Shown piece after piece: positions 60,201 to 64,000 of a DNA stretch of 64,000 nt. The translations under genes were made by a program, and so were the position numbers. Source of the DNA: Spirochaetia bacterium. Lineage in GTDB: Bacteria > Spirochaetota > Spirochaetia > SZUA-6 > Bin103. The DNA lies in assembly GCA_965203905.1 (NCBI GenBank), contig CBDBDQ010000005.1, positions 7,456,001-7,520,000 of the forward strand. The letters run 5' to 3'. The notes beneath the pieces are model-generated. The model had not been told where the DNA came from, did no database searches, and worked only from the letters and a program-made list of their open reading frames with translations. Numbering within the stretch: the stretch's first letter is position 1; the number at the start of each line of letters is the position of its first letter.

Positions 60201-63200
60201 CTAGCGCAGCGGTTGCCGCAGCAGCGCCAACAACTCGGCGGCGTCGAGGCGACCGGGTGCATCGGCGGCCGCCAGCAGGCGTTCGGCGAGGTCGCGCTTG
60301 TGCTGGTGAAGATCTACGATCTGCTCTTCGATGGTACCCTTCGTGACCAGACGATAGATCGTTACCGGACGCGTCTGGCCAATACGGTGGGCGCGGTCCG
60401 AAGCCTGATCCTCGACCGCCGGGTTCCACCACGGGTCCATGTGAATCACGTAGTCGGCAGCGGTAAGGTTCAGTCCGACGCCGCCCGCCGCCAGCGAAAT
60501 CAGGAACACTTCGCCCTGACCGGCCTGGAAGGCGGCGATACGCTCGCGACGCGCCGCGGCCGCGGTACCGCCGTCGAGATACTGATACGGTACCGCCTGT
60601 TGGTTCAGGTGAGCCTCGATCAGCTTCAGGTGGCCCACGAACTGCGAGAACACCAGCACCTTGTGGCCGTTTGCCAGCAGCTCGGCGAGGGTATCCGCAA
60701 ACATGGCCAGCTTGGAGCTCGGCGGTGCCGCGCCCGGGTGCACCAGGGCGGGGTTACAGCACGCCCGCCGGAGTCGCATCAGATGGGAGAGGATCCGCAG
60801 TCGGCGGTCACCGGCGTCCACGGCGGTGTCGGACATCCCCTCCAGATCCTCTACCGCGCGCAGCCGGAGCGCCTCGTAGAATGAGGCCTCGGCGGACGAC
60901 ATCTCCACGTGCAGGGTGATTTCGGTGCGCGGCGGCAGGTCACGCAGCACCTCCGTCTTCAACCGGCGGAGGATGAAGGGCGCCACCAGCCGCCGCAGTC
61001 GCTCCCGCGCCGCGCTGTCGGCACGCTGCTCGATCGGCGCGGCGAAGACGCGCCGGAAGTGCTGCCGAGATCCCAGCATGCCGGGGTTCAGGAAGCTGAA
61101 CAGCGAGTGCAGATCAGTAAGGTTGTTCTGGATCGGCGTGCCGGTGGTGACCAGGCGAAACCGGGCGTCGAGGCCGCGGGCGGCGCGGGCGCGCTTGGTA
61201 TCGGGATTCTTGATCGCCTGCGCTTCGTCGAGCACCACGCTGTTCCAGGAGACGGCGCGCAGCCGTTCCGCATCGATATGCAGCAGAGCGTAGGTGGTGA
61301 CTACCAGGTCGAACGCAGCGGGCGCCTCGAGCAGCCCGGCGCGCGCCGTTCCGACGCCGACATAGGCTGTCACGTTGAGCCGCGGCGCGAAGCGGCGTGC
61401 CTCGGCGAGCCAGTTGGCGACGACGGAGGTAGGAACCACCACCAGCGCCGGCCCCGCCGGGGCACGCTTTAGCAACAGCGCCAGCACCTGGACGGTCTTG
61501 CCGAGGCCCATGTCGTCGGCCAGACAGGCGCCTGCTCCCCAGCGGCTCAAGCGCGCCAACCAGCGGAATCCGTCTCGTTGATAGGGACGCAGCCTACCTT
61601 GCAGGGTTGGCGGCACTCTCGGGTCGAACTCCCGCGCCTCCCGCAGCCGCTGCTGCAGCGCCTCCCACTGCGCGTCCGCTTCGAGCTGGGTTTCCGCCAG
61701 GAGCTCGCTCAGGGCGAGTGAGCTGAGGGGGTGCACGCGGATCTCGCCGTGCGCCGCCGGCGACGACAGGCCGCGCAGATCGTCCAACTGGCGCCGGAAC
61801 GAGGCAGTCAATGCCAGGAACTCGCCCCCGGTCAGCTCCAGGAATCGAGCGCCCGGTTGCGCGTCGAGCAACGTGAACAACTGCTTCAGGTCCAGGGTAC
61901 GCCGGGGATCGATTGCCAGTTCGCCGCTGGCGCGCAGCCACTCGTCACTGGACTTGATGCGCAGCTTGAGCTGCGCCGGCTCGCCACGCACGACCTTGAA
62001 GGGTTGCCCACGTGGCCACAGACAGCGGGCGCTTGCCGCGGCGAGTTGCTCCAGCAGCTCAAGGGATTGCGCCACTTCGGGCAACTGCAGCGACCATCGC
62101 TCACGATCGATCCCGGTCAGGCGCGGGCAGGCTGCCGCCAGCATCATGGCCGCGGCCCGTTCCTGCTGCAGATCGCGCCGCACCTGCAGTGCTTCGCCGT
62201 CGCGGTACCCGAACACCAGCTCGCTGCCACCCCCGGGAGCAAAGTAGAGCTCGGACTCCGGCAACGGCTCCACCACCAGCGTCGCGGCCAGCCCGGCCGC
62301 GAGCGGCTCAAGCCGGACGCTTGGTTGCGTGTGTCCAGCCACCGGGCGCCCCGCCGGCGCGGCGCCCGGCACGTCGTCGCCACGCACGCGCACGAGCGAC
62401 ACCAGGCCTGCAGCAGCCTCCAACAGGCGCGCCGCGGCCGCTGCGGGAAGCCGCAGACCGCCACGGGGCACCATTTCCCGCAGTCGCTGCTGCTGCCGGG
62501 TGGCGTTCAGCGTCTCGCAGCGCCGGTCGCCGGCCATGTGGGAGTGGTAGCCTGCGCCATCCCAATCATCGGGCAACAGGCGCAGGCAGACGCTGCCGCC
62601 CTGCCGCTCCATCACCAGTTCCGGCGCGCCGCGCACCACTTCGACGGTATCGCCGGCCGCGTTTACGACGCGAGGATGTCCGGCAAGCTCGAACAGAATT
62701 TCGTGCGCTACTTCGTGCATCGGCCAGCCGCGGGCATGATTGTCGATTGCGACCGCGGCGGCACGGTCCTGCGGCAACAGGTCCGCGGCACCGATTGCGC
62801 GCTCGGCGAGCCACTCCTGCGATCGTAGCTGCCCCCTGGTCCACCTGCCGTTGCGCGCGACCTGCTCCTCGTACGCGGCAACTTCCAGACGGCCATGGCG
62901 GTGGCGCAGCTTCCAGGTCAGCCGGCGCCGACGCTCGGCCACGCCGTGTCCGGCAACCGTGCCGGCCTGGCGCCGCGTCACGAACGAAAAATGCTCCAAC
63001 GCCTTGAGCGGTGCTTCCCAGGGGGCGAGCGACGCTACCACCCCGGCCAGGGTTCTGGTGCCGAGCCGGGCGTGCAGCCGCACCGCCTGTTTGCCGGCGG
63101 CGGCATGCGACCGGCCGCCAGCCGGATGCAGATCGGCACGGGGGTCTGCGATGACCGTCAGACACTCCGCCAGAGTCCAGAGCACCCCGCCGGCTGCCAG

Positions 63201-64000
63201 CCGTTCCACGTAGCCATGGAATGCTGCACTGCTTCGGGGCGGGAGTAGCGGTTCGGGTTCGCTCCCGGTCCAGCATCCCGCCAGTCCCAGCAGCAGCATG
63301 TTGAATCCCCGCGTGGCGAAATCGAACGTCCAGGGGTGCCGGCTGCGACCGGTGCGCAGTGCGGCCGCATACTCGACCGCCATCGCGATCGAGGTCGCCG
63401 TACCGGTCCGCGGCACATCGAAAAACGCCTCGAACAGGTTCCGGTCGGCCGGGGAATCGCGCTGCACCAGCGCCAGCAGGGAGAGCGCGAGCGGTGCCGA
63501 CAGCACCGCCCCATGGCGTCCTCGCGGTCCCTCGATGCGCGCGCCGTGGTGGCCTTCGAGGCAGCGCCGTGCGGTCTCGTAGTCGCCGCGCAGCAGGGCG
63601 ACGAGGGCCTGCACGGCCGTGTGCCCGGAGCGCACCGAGGGGTGGTCGCTCCGCTCCCGCGGAACCCTGTCGAACTCCTCGAGCGCGGCATCCATTCGTC
63701 CCTGCAGCACGCGGATGAAGGCGATGTCGGCTGCCTGCGACGGCAGGTCCGCGCCGTAGGCGTAGCAGGCGGCGACAATCGGATCGGCCGGCGCCGCGTC
63801 AAAGATCACCTCGCGCAGGCAGGTGCGCAGCGCCGGTCCCTGGTGGCGTTCGGGCAGGGTGGCAAGCAGGTCGGCAGCGTCGGGGTACGCCAGAAACGAC
63901 CAGCACTCGTCGGGTACCCGGTCCGGAACCGCGGCGAACGTCCCGGATACGGTATTGCAGCGTACTTCCATACGCTCCCAGTCCTGGCGGAAACTGCGCG
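60201..64000 (-). CDS. SNF2-family (DEAH) helicase/ATPase, 5'-partial
   Basis: LRPYQ, LADDMGLGKT, DEAQAIKN, LVFSQF, DPWWNPAVEDQASDRAHRIGQ. The frame stays open to the window end. Confidence 0.93.
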   Translation of the reverse strand, partial: RSFRQDWERMEVRCNTVSGTFAAVPDRVPDECWSFLAYPDAADLLATLPERHQGPALRTCLREVIFDAAPADPIVAACYAYGADLPSQAADIAFIRVLQGRMDAALEEFDRVPRERSDHPSVRSGHTAVQALVALLRGDYETARRCLEGHHGARIEGPRGRHGAVLSAPLALSLLALVQRDSPADRNLFEAFFDVPRTGTATSIAMAVEYAAALRTGRSRHPWTFDFATRGFNMLLLGLAGCWTGSEPEPLLPPRSSAAFHGYVERLAAGGVLWTLAECLTVIADPRADLHPAGGRSHAAAGKQAVRLHARLGTRTLAGVVASLAPWEAPLKALEHFSFVTRRQAGTVAGHGVAERRRRLTWKLRHRHGRLEVAAYEEQVARNGRWTRGQLRSQEWLAERAIGAADLLPQDRAAAVAIDNHARGWPMHEVAHEILFELAGHPRVVNAAGDTVEVVRGAPELVMERQGGSVCLRLLPDDWDGAGYHSHMAGDRRCETLNATRQQQRLREMVPRGGLRLPAAAAARLLEAAAGLVSLVRVRGDDVPGAAPAGRPVAGHTQPSVRLEPLAAGLAATLVVEPLPESELYFAPGGGSELVFGYRDGEALQVRRDLQQERAAAMMLAAACPRLTGIDRERWSLQLPEVAQSLELLEQLAAASARCLWPRGQPFKVVRGEPAQLKLRIKSSDEWLRASGELAIDPRRTLDLKQLFTLLDAQPGARFLELTGGEFLALTASFRRQLDDLRGLSSPAAHGEIRVHPLSSLALSELLAETQLEADAQWEALQQRLREAREFDPRVPPTLQGRLRPYQRDGFRWLARLSRWGAGACLADDMGLGKTVQVLALLLKRAPAGPALVVVPTSVVANWLAEARRFAPRLNVTAYVGVGTARAGLLEAPAAFDLVVTTYALLHIDAERLRAVSWNSVVLDEAQAIKNPDTKRARAARGLDARFRLVTTGTPIQNNLTDLHSLFSFLNPGMLGSRQHFRRVFAAPIEQRADSAARERLRRLVAPFILRRLKTEVLRDLPPRTEITLHVEMSSAEASFYEALRLRAVEDLEGMSDTAVDAGDRRLRILSHLMRLRRACCNPALVHPGAAPPSSKLAMFADTLAELLANGHKVLVFSQFVGHLKLIEAHLNQQAVPYQYLDGGTAAAARRERIAAFQAGQGEVFLISLAAGGVGLNLTAADYVIHMDPWWNPAVEDQASDRAHRIGQTRPVTIYRLVTKGTIEEQIVDLHQHKRDLAERLLAAADAPGRLDAAELLALLRQPLR

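Overview
High-GC bacterial chromosome segment, mostly housekeeping genes. It is probably from a marine Spirochaetota genome; this is inferred from protein styles, not proven. Contents from left to right: partial hisB; a chimeric hisZ'-'hisG ORF; nitroreductase; M28-like membrane protein; dinB; SPOR protein; aroD-aroE fusion; LysM lipoprotein; sugar ABC ATPase and binding protein; aminotransferase. Next is a nitrogen-assimilation cluster (NifA-like sigma54 activator, amtB, PII, GlnE with GlnD-like ACT domains, glnA), followed by ndk, a polyprenyl synthetase, nqrABCDEF, ribokinase and serine acetyltransferase. A small accessory patch holds vapBC, an AAC(3)-like gene and a DUF222-HNH gene. The rest is an SGNH hydrolase, an opp peptide ABC transporter, M42 peptidase, clpB, a lower-GC ATPase + frameshifted DUF4276-like pair, moeA-moaA-moaC-moaD-moaE-msrPQ, an exported MTA/SAH nucleosidase-like gene, moxR-DUF58-transglutaminase, ribA and a 5'-partial SNF2 helicase. 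The most interesting signal is the nitrogen module. Both the amtB-PII and glnA promoters have sigma54 -24/-12 elements with paired CCTAC-N6-GTAGG palindromes about 31-32 bp apart. The PII lacks Tyr51, and GlnE carries its own ACT sensor domains. Together these suggest a nitrogen control circuit that does not use GlnD or NtrBC. No rRNA, tRNA or CRISPR array was seen. All calls come from motif recognition by eye; no database search was run.
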